From a virus (Duplodnaviria; Caudoviricetes), in IMG/VR virus record IMGVR_UViG_3300013131_000215, positions 1 to 26,398 of that record: a stretch of DNA of 26,398 nt; one strand, 5' to 3'. Position numbers and translations under genes: made by a program. The notes beneath the pieces are model-generated. The model had not been told where the DNA came from and did not search any database. It saw only the letters and a program-made list of their open reading frames with translations. Numbering within the stretch: the stretch's first letter is position 1; every line of letters begins with the position of its first letter. Shown one piece after another: positions 8,445 to 15,951 of the stretch.

Positions 8445-10139
8445 ATGGCACGCCCCGCAAAAAAAGATAAAGAAACAACCGCAGAAGCTTCTATGACAGA
8501 AGACTTTGCAAATGAATTAATTAAAGAAATTAACAAAACTCATAATGAAAAAATTGCTTTCAATTTAGGAAGCGATGATGCTCCTACCAATGTTAGTAGA
8601 TGGATTTCTACCGGTTCTCGTCAGTTAGATTATATCATCGCTAATCGTAGAGATGGGGGAATGCCAGAAGGACGTATTGTAGAAATACAAGGTCCACCAG
8701 GTATCGGTAAATCAACCCTAATGGCTCAAATAGCACGTTCCACCCAAAGAATGGGTGGTATAGTTGTTTTCATTGATACTGAGAATGCGACCAATCCAGA
8801 TACTCTTTCTAATATGGGAATTGATGTCGCAAGAAGATTTGTATTCGTTCAAACTCCATGTACAGAGGAAATCCTTTCAATTATTGAAAGCACTATCCTT
8901 AAAGCCCGTACAATGACCAAAGACGTTCCTGTTACCGTTATTTGGGATAGCGTTTCTCAGTCTTCTCCAAAGGCAGAGTTGGAAGGTGACTATGATCAGA
9001 ATACCATCGGTCTACAAGCCCGTGTTCTATCTAAGGGCATGAGAAAGATCGCTAACGTTATCGGTGGTCAGAAAGTCTTGTTGGTTCTTGTATCACAACA
9101 AAGAATGAAAATTGGCTGTGTTGGACCTGAGACAAATATTCAATATTCTTACTGTAACAAAATAAAAAATGAAACAATAAAACAAATGTTCAATGAAATG
9201 GGATATGAATTTGAACAAATGCCAACAAATCAACCAATCCCAGTAACAGGATGGGAAGTAAAAACTTTAGACGAAAAAGGAAATGTTCTTTGGAAAGATG
9301 TTAAAAATATTATAAGAAAACAAAATGCAGTTCATATGAAAATTATCACTGCATTGTCATATACATTATCCTGCTCTCCTGAACACAAAATATATGTAAA
9401 GCATATAAGCTCTGATTCCCCCTTATATGAAGAAGTTGGAACAATTTTTCAAAATGAAAAAGAATATGTTGTTTTAACTGAAAAAGGTTGGTCTTCATTT
9501 GAAATTTCAAAAATCGATGGAGAATTAGAGATTGCAGATTTAGAAGTCGCAGATTCTCATTCGTATTTAAGTAACGGCATTCTTTCACATAATACTATGT
9601 TTGGTGATCCGACTACAACATCTGGTGGTATGGCGATACCATATTCTTCATCTGTTCGTATTCGTCTTGATGGCGGGTCAGCAATAAAGGATAAAGAAGA
9701 AAATACAATTGGTATTAATGTAACAGCAAGAACTATTAAGAATAAGGTTGCCAAACCATTCCGCAAGGTTGGTTTCCAAATAATGTTTGGCAAGGGAATC
9801 TATGAAAACGATGAAATCTTTGATCTTCTCCGGGAGTATTGTAAGAATTCAAAGCGGGGAGTAGAGGTAAACGGAAAAACAGTAAATCTTTCTGGGGATG
9901 CCGCTTGGAAAACTTTTACTGTTATGAACAACAAGACTGGTGAAATAGAAACGGAAATTAAGTTTTACAAACAAGAGTTTATGCAGAAGGTAGTCAATAA
10001 ACCAGAGTATTCTGATTATATCAATGCTTTAATGGATGCGGCATTAATTCTAAATGCAGAAGAAAGTCTAGAAGAGCATTCAACATATGAAAGGTTAACA
10101 GATGGAGAAATGGCTGCGGAACAACAGGTTAATGCTTGA
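8445..10139 (+). CDS. recA: RecA/UvsX recombinase containing a mini-intein
   Basis: ISTGS..LD, GRIVEIQGPPGIGKST (Walker A), FIDTE, IWDSV (Walker B), GLQAR, MFGDPTTTSGG, KNKVAKPFR. Start reassigned to ATG 8445 (GAGG SD); the track's 8355 extension runs through the terminator. Confidence 0.95.
   Translation: MARPAKKDKETTAEASMTEDFANELIKEINKTHNEKIAFNLGSDDAPTNVSRWISTGSRQLDYIIANRRDGGMPEGRIVEIQGPPGIGKSTLMAQIARSTQRMGGIVVFIDTENATNPDTLSNMGIDVARRFVFVQTPCTEEILSIIESTILKARTMTKDVPVTVIWDSVSQSSPKAELEGDYDQNTIGLQARVLSKGMRKIANVIGGQKVLLVLVSQQRMKIGCVGPETNIQYSYCNKIKNETIKQMFNEMGYEFEQMPTNQPIPVTGWEVKTLDEKGNVLWKDVKNIIRKQNAVHMKIITALSYTLSCSPEHKIYVKHISSDSPLYEEVGTIFQNEKEYVVLTEKGWSSFEISKIDGELEIADLEVADSHSYLSNGILSHNTMFGDPTTTSGGMAIPYSSSVRIRLDGGSAIKDKEENTIGINVTARTIKNKVAKPFRKVGFQIMFGKGIYENDEIFDLLREYCKNSKRGVEVNGKTVNLSGDAAWKTFTVMNNKTGEIETEIKFYKQEFMQKVVNKPEYSDYINALMDAALILNAEESLEEHSTYERLTDGEMAAEQQVNA
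9117..9593 (+). mobile_element. Mini-intein (159 aa) in RecA
   Basis: Begins CVGPET, has block B CSPEHKIY, ends block F/G ADLEVADSHSYLSNGILSHN with +1 Thr. Removing it restores RMKIG-TMFGDP. No endonuclease domain. Confidence 0.93.
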
Positions 10140-10155
10140 CAAACAAGAGGAATAA

Positions 10156-10758
10156 ATGAATACACATAATCCAAATGATGCAATTAGAATTGCAACAGAA
10201 GAACCGGTTGCAAAGAATGATTACAAAACGTTAGATAGAAATTGGTTTGATCCACAAATACCAAAAGCACCAAGAACTATTAACATTAAATTTAAGAAAA
10301 TGTCGGAGACAGCTAAGATTCCAACAGCAATAAGAGATGGTGATATTGGTTTTGATATTTATTGTGACGAGGACTTTACAATTAAGTCGGGACAAACTAA
10401 GAAAATTAAAACTAATATTCAACTTGCTGACATGCCAATAATGGATAATGATCGAAATCGTATTTTTATGAAGATTGAAGGTCGTTCTGGATTATCGGTA
10501 TCTGGCATTTTTCCCACCGGGGGGGTTATCGATCCGACTTACAAAGGGGAAATTTGCGTTGTTCTTAACTGCTTGAATTTTAATTATAACGATTTTTCGC
10601 TCTCACCAGGCACAATTCAGACTTTTAAAAAAGGAGAACGTATTGCACAATTAGTTGTTTATAAAGTAGCTACTATGGGTGAAGTGGTTATGGAAGAAAC
10701 CGATATAGTAACAGAATCTATTCGTGGACAGCAAGGTTTTGGTTCATCTGGAAAGTAA
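10156..10758 (+). CDS. dut: Trimeric dUTPase
   Basis: All five motifs: GFDIY, RSGL, GVIDPTYKGEI, ERIAQLV, RGQQGFGSSG. Confidence 0.95.
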   Translation: MNTHNPNDAIRIATEEPVAKNDYKTLDRNWFDPQIPKAPRTINIKFKKMSETAKIPTAIRDGDIGFDIYCDEDFTIKSGQTKKIKTNIQLADMPIMDNDRNRIFMKIEGRSGLSVSGIFPTGGVIDPTYKGEICVVLNCLNFNYNDFSLSPGTIQTFKKGERIAQLVVYKVATMGEVVMEETDIVTESIRGQQGFGSSGK

Positions 10759-10804
10759 AAACCTTTGTAGCCACATCTTTATAAGTTAAACGTTTAAAAG
10801 AAAG

Positions 10805-10840
10805 ACGCCGCTTGGATTTAGATTTCCCAGCGGCGTTTTT
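10805..10840 (+). terminator. Terminator after dUTPase
   Basis: ACGCCGCT...AGCGGCGT stem followed by TTTT. Confidence 0.7.
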
Positions 10841-10860
10841 ATTATTAAAAATAAATCAAA

Positions 10861-10889
10861 TAAAAAGGCGTTCCATAAAGAACGCCTTT
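10861..10889 (-). terminator. Terminator for the convergent minus-strand genes
   Basis: AAAGGCGTTC-CATAAA-GAACGCCTTT perfect stem with a T tract on the minus strand. Confidence 0.75.
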
Positions 10890-10915
10890 AACTGTTTAAA
10901 TTGAATATAGAATAT

Positions 10916-11224
10916 TCAGGAAGGTTGTTCCTGGTCATCTGATGCTAGACGAGCTTGAGCAGCGGCAGCAGATGCCTGTGCTTCGCTATTAAGCTTCTCG
11001 ATGTGAGCATTATATGCTTCAACATATTCAGGTGTAAGAGTTAGATATTGTGGTCTAGTTGTTTCTGTCTCTACAACAACTGCTCTGAGATGATCAATGA
11101 TATTGCTATTGGTAAGCAATGAAAGTTGGAGAAGATCTCTAACAAGAGCAATAATATCGTCGCTAAACTTAAAAGTTTTACGTTCAGTGGTAGCAGTAGT
11201 AGTTTCTTTTGTTTCTTCGCTCAT
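10916..11224 (-). CDS. Hypothetical phage protein
   Basis: 102-aa ORF with AAGGA SD and a plausible folded core (FKFSDDIIALVRDLLQLSLLT...IIDHLR). Confidence 0.75.
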   Translation of the reverse strand: MSEETKETTTATTERKTFKFSDDIIALVRDLLQLSLLTNSNIIDHLRAVVVETETTRPQYLTLTPEYVEAYNAHIEKLNSEAQASAAAAQARLASDDQEQPS

Positions 11225-11259
11225 AAGGATTCCTTTAAACTAATTGAATCTATTATATA

Positions 11260-11583
11260 TTATAATAAAGGAATTGGATTAATGATTTTATGTTTTTGTT
11301 CATACAATCGTTCTGGCATAATAAGCCAGCAAACAAGATCTTTATTTAGAATCTTAAAGAAAGAATAGTATTCTGGGATACGTTGTTTTTCTCCGAGAAA
11401 TAGGAAGATATCATCTTTGTTAAGATGAAGCCTTTTGTCTTCTACAACATAGGAATGCTTCTGATAATAATAAAATTTTGCTTTTGGTTCTAAGCTAAGA
11501 CGATGCCCACCCAGATCTTCTACTTTATATAAGTTACCTGTTTCTGGTTGCCAAGTAAGTTTAATTACATACTCTTTCATCAT
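11260..11583 (-). CDS. Hypothetical protein
   Basis: ORF downstream of TTTATA-17-TATAAT (11620-11592). Start is uncertain among TTG 11589, TTG 11586 and ATG 11583. Confidence 0.6.
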   Translation of the reverse strand: MMKEYVIKLTWQPETGNLYKVEDLGGHRLSLEPKAKFYYYQKHSYVVEDKRLHLNKDDIFLFLGEKQRIPEYYSFFKILNKDLVCWLIMPERLYEQKHKIINPIPLL

Positions 11584-11674
11584 CAACAATGATTATACAG
11601 GGCAAACAATAACATATAAATCAACAATACAAACCCTAATGGCCATTTCAATTCTTCTTTTGATGGATCTTCCA

Positions 11675-11965
11675 TTACTTATCTATTACTCTTCTAATTA
11701 CTTCCTCAATAGTAAGATTATGTTGTTTAGCCCAATCAAGAACTTTCTGTTGATTTTCTGGAGTTAGATTATAGAAAGCAGTCATTGGATCCTTATAAAA
11801 GGAAGAGTTACGCAATCTTTCTTTGCGAGGATCTAGATTTGCTTGTTTCACTGGAAGATGGTTGCCGCCATTGTCTGTAAGAACGTTTATAACTGTTTCT
11901 GCGGCGGTTAAACCGACCAGAAGTTTGGCTGGACCTGTTAGGCTATCCCATAGTTCTTTAAACAT
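11675..11965 (-). CDS. Hypothetical protein with a mildly hydrophobic N-terminus
   Basis: 96-aa ORF with AAGGA SD. Confidence 0.6.
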   Translation of the reverse strand: MFKELWDSLTGPAKLLVGLTAAETVINVLTDNGGNHLPVKQANLDPRKERLRNSSFYKDPMTAFYNLTPENQQKVLDWAKQHNLTIEEVIRRVIDK

Positions 11966-12040
11966 ATCTATATCCTTGTTTTAAATATCCTGATTTGTAT
12001 ATTCTTCTTTATTCCAGAAAAGAAAAAGAGAAGCAATTCT

Positions 12041-12199
12041 TCAAATATTATTTCTTAGAAAGACATCTAAAATTTTAATTAGCTGCTTTTTAGAATTAAT
12101 AATTCTATGAACTGCTTCTCTTTTCGAAGAAGCTATAATGCTTTCGTGTTGCTTGATAGTATCAATACTATAGATGACTGTCCAAATTTTCTTGTTCAT
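12041..12199 (-). CDS. Small hypothetical protein, 52 aa (absent from the ORF track)
   Basis: Hand translation: MNKKIWTVIYSIDTIKQHESIIASSKREAVHRIINSKKQLIKILDVFLRNNI. ATG lies 6 nt after a near-consensus promoter. Confidence 0.6.
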   Translation of the reverse strand: MNKKIWTVIYSIDTIKQHESIIASSKREAVHRIINSKKQLIKILDVFLRNNI

Positions 12200-12205
12200 A
12201 TACTA

Positions 12206-12233
12206 ATGATAGCATATGACTTATGCTTGTCAA
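12206..12233 (-). promoter_or_regulatory. Sigma70-type promoter
   Basis: TTGACA-16 nt-TATCAT with a TGn extension on the minus strand. The -35 box overlaps the clpP stop codon. Confidence 0.65.
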
Positions 12234-12865
12234 CCTGAATGCTTGAAGTCGATCTTCATTTCAACTGCAATATTAAACGATGGAATTCCAACTTTATTAG
12301 CAAGATTATGTTTTAGGCAATCATCAGAATCAAGGAATAGATCAATATTTTTATTCTGATGCAATAAATCGATAAAATAATGTTCTGGCTTTCCTACATT
12401 ACGAGCCATCAGCTTAAAGAGGAATGTATTAAGTCTATCTGTTTCTTTAGCAGTTGCCTTGATATCTTCATTCTTTCCAAAAGAGAACGAGGAGACTTCG
12501 TGTAACATTACAGTACCACAATGACCAATAAATCGATATCCTTCTGTACCACATGAGAACAGTACAGCTCCACAAGACATTGCTTTACCTTCAACGATAG
12601 TTGCTACTGGGAGTGGGCAATTTTTAATAATATCTACCATTCCTAGCAGAGCATAAACATCTCCTCCGTAACTATCGATAACGATTGGCAGCACACCTTG
12701 CTTAGATTTTACGGCATGGTCTTCTGCTGCTTTAAATTCTTCTATAAACTTCCTACAGTTCTCCTCGGTAAAATCTCCAGAGAAAGTAAGAGCAACTGGA
12801 AATTCCCAATGCTTTTCTGGTTCTGGAATTTTTAAACGAGGATCAATGTTAATGCTGTACTTCAT
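12230..12865 (-). CDS. clpP: ClpP-like serine protease
   Basis: IDSYGGDVY, GKAMSCGAVLFSCG (catalytic Ser), TVMLHE (catalytic His). ATGA overlap with the upstream exonuclease. Confidence 0.85.
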   Translation of the reverse strand: MKYSINIDPRLKIPEPEKHWEFPVALTFSGDFTEENCRKFIEEFKAAEDHAVKSKQGVLPIVIDSYGGDVYALLGMVDIIKNCPLPVATIVEGKAMSCGAVLFSCGTEGYRFIGHCGTVMLHEVSSFSFGKNEDIKATAKETDRLNTFLFKLMARNVGKPEHYFIDLLHQNKNIDLFLDSDDCLKHNLANKVGIPSFNIAVEMKIDFKHSG

Positions 12866-13431
12866 TTTAGCTCCTTCAGTTTGTTTGACATTAGCTTAAA
12901 TAACTGAGTTGTTATTTGAACATCTTTCTTGGCTTCATGCATACCATCTGTATCTAAATGATAGTGTTCAGCCAAAGTTTTTAGTGAGTATGAATCATAT
13001 TTTGGTAAATAGCCAGAAAAACCTAAAAACATAGCAACCGAATGGCAATCCATTTTTCTATACGAAAAATGTTTATCCCATTCAGAAGAAGAAATCAGAT
13101 AATTCTTAACAAATTTAATATCTAGAGAAACGTTATGTCCCATTGGGATAATTTTTTCCCCTGAATTCATCGAATGGCGACAAATAAAGTTATTAAATTT
13201 GCCAGATGCTTCTGACATAGGTATAGAGATCTTATCATGTTCAACAAGATTAATTCTATTAATGCTTAATGCATCGGCGCTAACCTTATATATGCCATCA
13301 TCTGGCTTAATCTTAAGATCTATCTCATCTAAAACATTTAGATCTTCATTTAAGATTTGTCCATATAAGGTTAGAAGAGAATATTCTTTCTTTAGTCCGC
13401 CAAGTTCGGTATCAAAACAGAAATATTTCAT
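12862..13431 (-). CDS. DEDDh 3'-5' exonuclease (DnaQ/epsilon-like)
   Basis: ExoI FDTE, ExoII GHNVSLDIKF, ExoIII HEAKKDV. Start probably ATG 13431 (MKYFCFD), 6 nt after a TATCAT -10 box. Confidence 0.88.
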   Translation of the reverse strand: MKYFCFDTELGGLKKEYSLLTLYGQILNEDLNVLDEIDLKIKPDDGIYKVSADALSINRINLVEHDKISIPMSEASGKFNNFICRHSMNSGEKIIPMGHNVSLDIKFVKNYLISSSEWDKHFSYRKMDCHSVAMFLGFSGYLPKYDSYSLKTLAEHYHLDTDGMHEAKKDVQITTQLFKLMSNKLKELK

Positions 13432-13437
13432 TCTTAT

Positions 13438-13466
13438 ATGATAGCCCATGAATCTTTTTAAATAAA
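13438..13466 (-). promoter_or_regulatory. Putative sigma70/early promoter, leaderless start
   Basis: (G)TTTATT-17 nt-TATCAT, then 6 nt to the ATG. Confidence 0.5.
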
Positions 13467-13506
13467 CGATATGTTAATTTGGAAACCATAATTAAATTGG
13501 TATCAT

Positions 13507-15951
13507 ATGAGCAAATCTCCAAAATTAAAAGACTTATTAGAAAATGCCGGAGATCCAATGGGTGATCCATCCTTTCGAGGTGGTCCATATGGATTTGGCG
13601 GGATTCGACAACTTTATGTAATAAATCCAGCTACTCAAGCAATTGCAAATCAAGAAAACGAAGACAATCCTCTTGATATAGATAGATTAAGTTGGGTTAT
13701 GAACAAATATCGTAGACTTCCGCCATTGGAACCTCTTGATTTAAATCCAAGATTACCAGCTCCAGCCGCAATCAAAGAAGAAGACGAAAAAAATTTAGAA
13801 GAAGAACTTCTCCTTGAAAGAGAACCTTCCGATGGTTTTTATAGAGATCTTCCAGGATATCCTCCTCAACCCAATGCTCTTGTTATGCAAGTTGATCATG
13901 TCCCGGATCCTGATGGTAAAATTAATTTAGATCCATTATCTGGACAACCTTTAGAATTCTTAGGACCAACATTAGATTTTGCTCCAATAGATTCTATCGA
14001 AACGGAAAATTGGAATGATCTTAGTCCAGAAGAAGTAGGTGTTGTTGTAAGAACTCAACAATCTATGGAAAATGAAGGAACAGAATTACAAGAATTGTTA
14101 ACTCCAGGTTCTGGACCAATGATGCGCGGCGCAAATAATGTTCAAGTTAATTCCTTAGCTCGTCCAGCACTTTATATTCCTCCCGAAGAAAAACCATATC
14201 TTGATGAACCTATCAATCCATTAGGAGGAATGGGGGCTATTGGTTTTCCAAGAAAGTATGTTCCAGATGACTGGGAAGTACGAATGAGACAAATAGATCA
14301 ATATAGTATGGCTACTCAAGATATTATGGGAAGTCGTCGTCTACAATTGCATCAAAATCCGACAATGATGCCTGAAGAAAATACTTATAATGAAGAAAAA
14401 GAAGTTTTGGATGAAGAAGCTATGACAAAAGAAAATATTTTAGAAACACCAAAATTACCGCTAGAGCAAAAGGAGCTAAGACCAAAAAGAAAAAGGTCTA
14501 CTACAGCTCTTCATGAAATGATTGATGCAATTGTTTCTGAAATTGTTTTACCATCTCCAGCAGAAACAGGATTAGGCGGAGCCAAAGCTTTTAAAAGAAG
14601 TCAAGGAAACGTACAAGCTGATTTACGCAAATTAGATCCAAATGATCCAGGAATTTTGAAGGATGTTGAAATTGTTCAACTTGATGAGGCTCTTGAAGAA
14701 GCCAAGTTCTGTATTAATTCTAAAGAAGAAAGAAAAGAAAAATTCAAGAAACACGTTAGACCAACAAAACCAAAGACTTGGGCAAAAGCTAAAAGAATGG
14801 CTAAAGAAGAATTTCATTTAAAAACAAATAAACGAATGATGAATTGGCCAAGTGTTAGAGCTGTTGCTCGTGCAGAAGAAATATATAGAAGCATGGGTGG
14901 TAAATGGAGAAAGCAAAAGAAACGTGATCCATTTGCTAAAGATGCTGCTGGTAACTTAAAAGAATCTATTTCTTTAGATGAGGTTATTAATACGGAACTT
15001 CTTTTAGAAAAAAATGTTCCTACTAACAAAGCTTTATGGAGCCGAGCTAAAGCTGCTGCCCGAGCTAAATTTGATGTATATCCTTGTGTTCCTCTAGCTT
15101 CTAAAGCTTTAACTAAAGATGGCTGGAAAACATATAATGAATTATCTATTGGTGATGTTATATGCACTTATAACATTTCAGAAGATTGTTTAGAATGGAA
15201 AACAATACAGCATTTGCATTTTTATAAAGATGCTGAAACTATAAACATTTATACTCCGCAAACTAATTTTAATTTTGTTTGTACTCCAAATCATAAATGG
15301 GTATTAAAGAAGAATTGGGCAGATATAAATGAAGAAGATAAAAGAGGCTATCGTTATTGGAAAGAAGACCATTTAGTAGAAGCAAAAGATATTAATAAAA
15401 GAATGAAGATCATAACTGCTGCTAAAATGAAGAATAATAGTTCTGGTCCAATATTATTAGAAAATTTCTCAAAGTATGGTGAATCTTGGGTGCAAAAAGT
15501 TACAAGAATGACAAATCAACAGCGTGAAGCATTTTTTGCTGCGGCAATTGTTTATGATGGACATGAAAAATTATCTGAAAGCAAAGAAGAGCAGGCAGTA
15601 ATTCGTTATGGATTTAGTCAAAAAAATTCAGATCATGGAGAAGCTGTAGAGATTTGTGCAGCTCTCCTAGGATATCGAGTCTCTTTTAGAGATAAAAAAT
15701 ATAATTCTACAATGACAGATTGGACTTTTTCTACAAGAAATTCTCAAGGAACAAACAATGTATTTACAAAGCCAGATATAATTCAGGATGTCTGGTGTCC
15801 GCAAACGGAAAATTCTACTTGGCTAATGAAACAAGATGGTATGATTACAATTACTGGTAATTCTGCCTATGCAAATGCCTGGGCATCCAAGTGGTATAAG
15901 AGTAAAGGTGGCGGCTGGAGAAAAACTAAAGGAAAGAAGAAGAAGAAGTGA
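13507..15951 (+). CDS. Probable internal head protein: Pro/acidic N-region, two copies of a basic 'W..AK..A...F...PS..A......Y...GG.WRK' motif, and an intein
   Basis: N-terminus MSKSPKLKDLLE and many L/I-x-E sites. Basic motif occurs at 14761-14913 and at 15019-15924, the latter split by an intein. Confidence 0.7.
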   Translation: MSKSPKLKDLLENAGDPMGDPSFRGGPYGFGGIRQLYVINPATQAIANQENEDNPLDIDRLSWVMNKYRRLPPLEPLDLNPRLPAPAAIKEEDEKNLEEELLLEREPSDGFYRDLPGYPPQPNALVMQVDHVPDPDGKINLDPLSGQPLEFLGPTLDFAPIDSIETENWNDLSPEEVGVVVRTQQSMENEGTELQELLTPGSGPMMRGANNVQVNSLARPALYIPPEEKPYLDEPINPLGGMGAIGFPRKYVPDDWEVRMRQIDQYSMATQDIMGSRRLQLHQNPTMMPEENTYNEEKEVLDEEAMTKENILETPKLPLEQKELRPKRKRSTTALHEMIDAIVSEIVLPSPAETGLGGAKAFKRSQGNVQADLRKLDPNDPGILKDVEIVQLDEALEEAKFCINSKEERKEKFKKHVRPTKPKTWAKAKRMAKEEFHLKTNKRMMNWPSVRAVARAEEIYRSMGGKWRKQKKRDPFAKDAAGNLKESISLDEVINTELLLEKNVPTNKALWSRAKAAARAKFDVYPCVPLASKALTKDGWKTYNELSIGDVICTYNISEDCLEWKTIQHLHFYKDAETINIYTPQTNFNFVCTPNHKWVLKKNWADINEEDKRGYRYWKEDHLVEAKDINKRMKIITAAKMKNNSSGPILLENFSKYGESWVQKVTRMTNQQREAFFAAAIVYDGHEKLSESKEEQAVIRYGFSQKNSDHGEAVEICAALLGYRVSFRDKKYNSTMTDWTFSTRNSQGTNNVFTKPDIIQDVWCPQTENSTWLMKQDGMITITGNSAYANAWASKWYKSKGGGWRKTKGKKKKK
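15085..15861 (+). mobile_element. Intein (259 aa) with a remnant LAGLIDADG domain
   Basis: Block A CVPLASKALTKDGWKTYNELSIGD, block B CTPNHKW, LAGLIDADG-like FFAAAIVYDG, block F/G VWCPQTENSTWLMKQDGMITITGN with +1 Ser. Splicing restores KFDVYP-SAYANAW. Confidence 0.92.
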
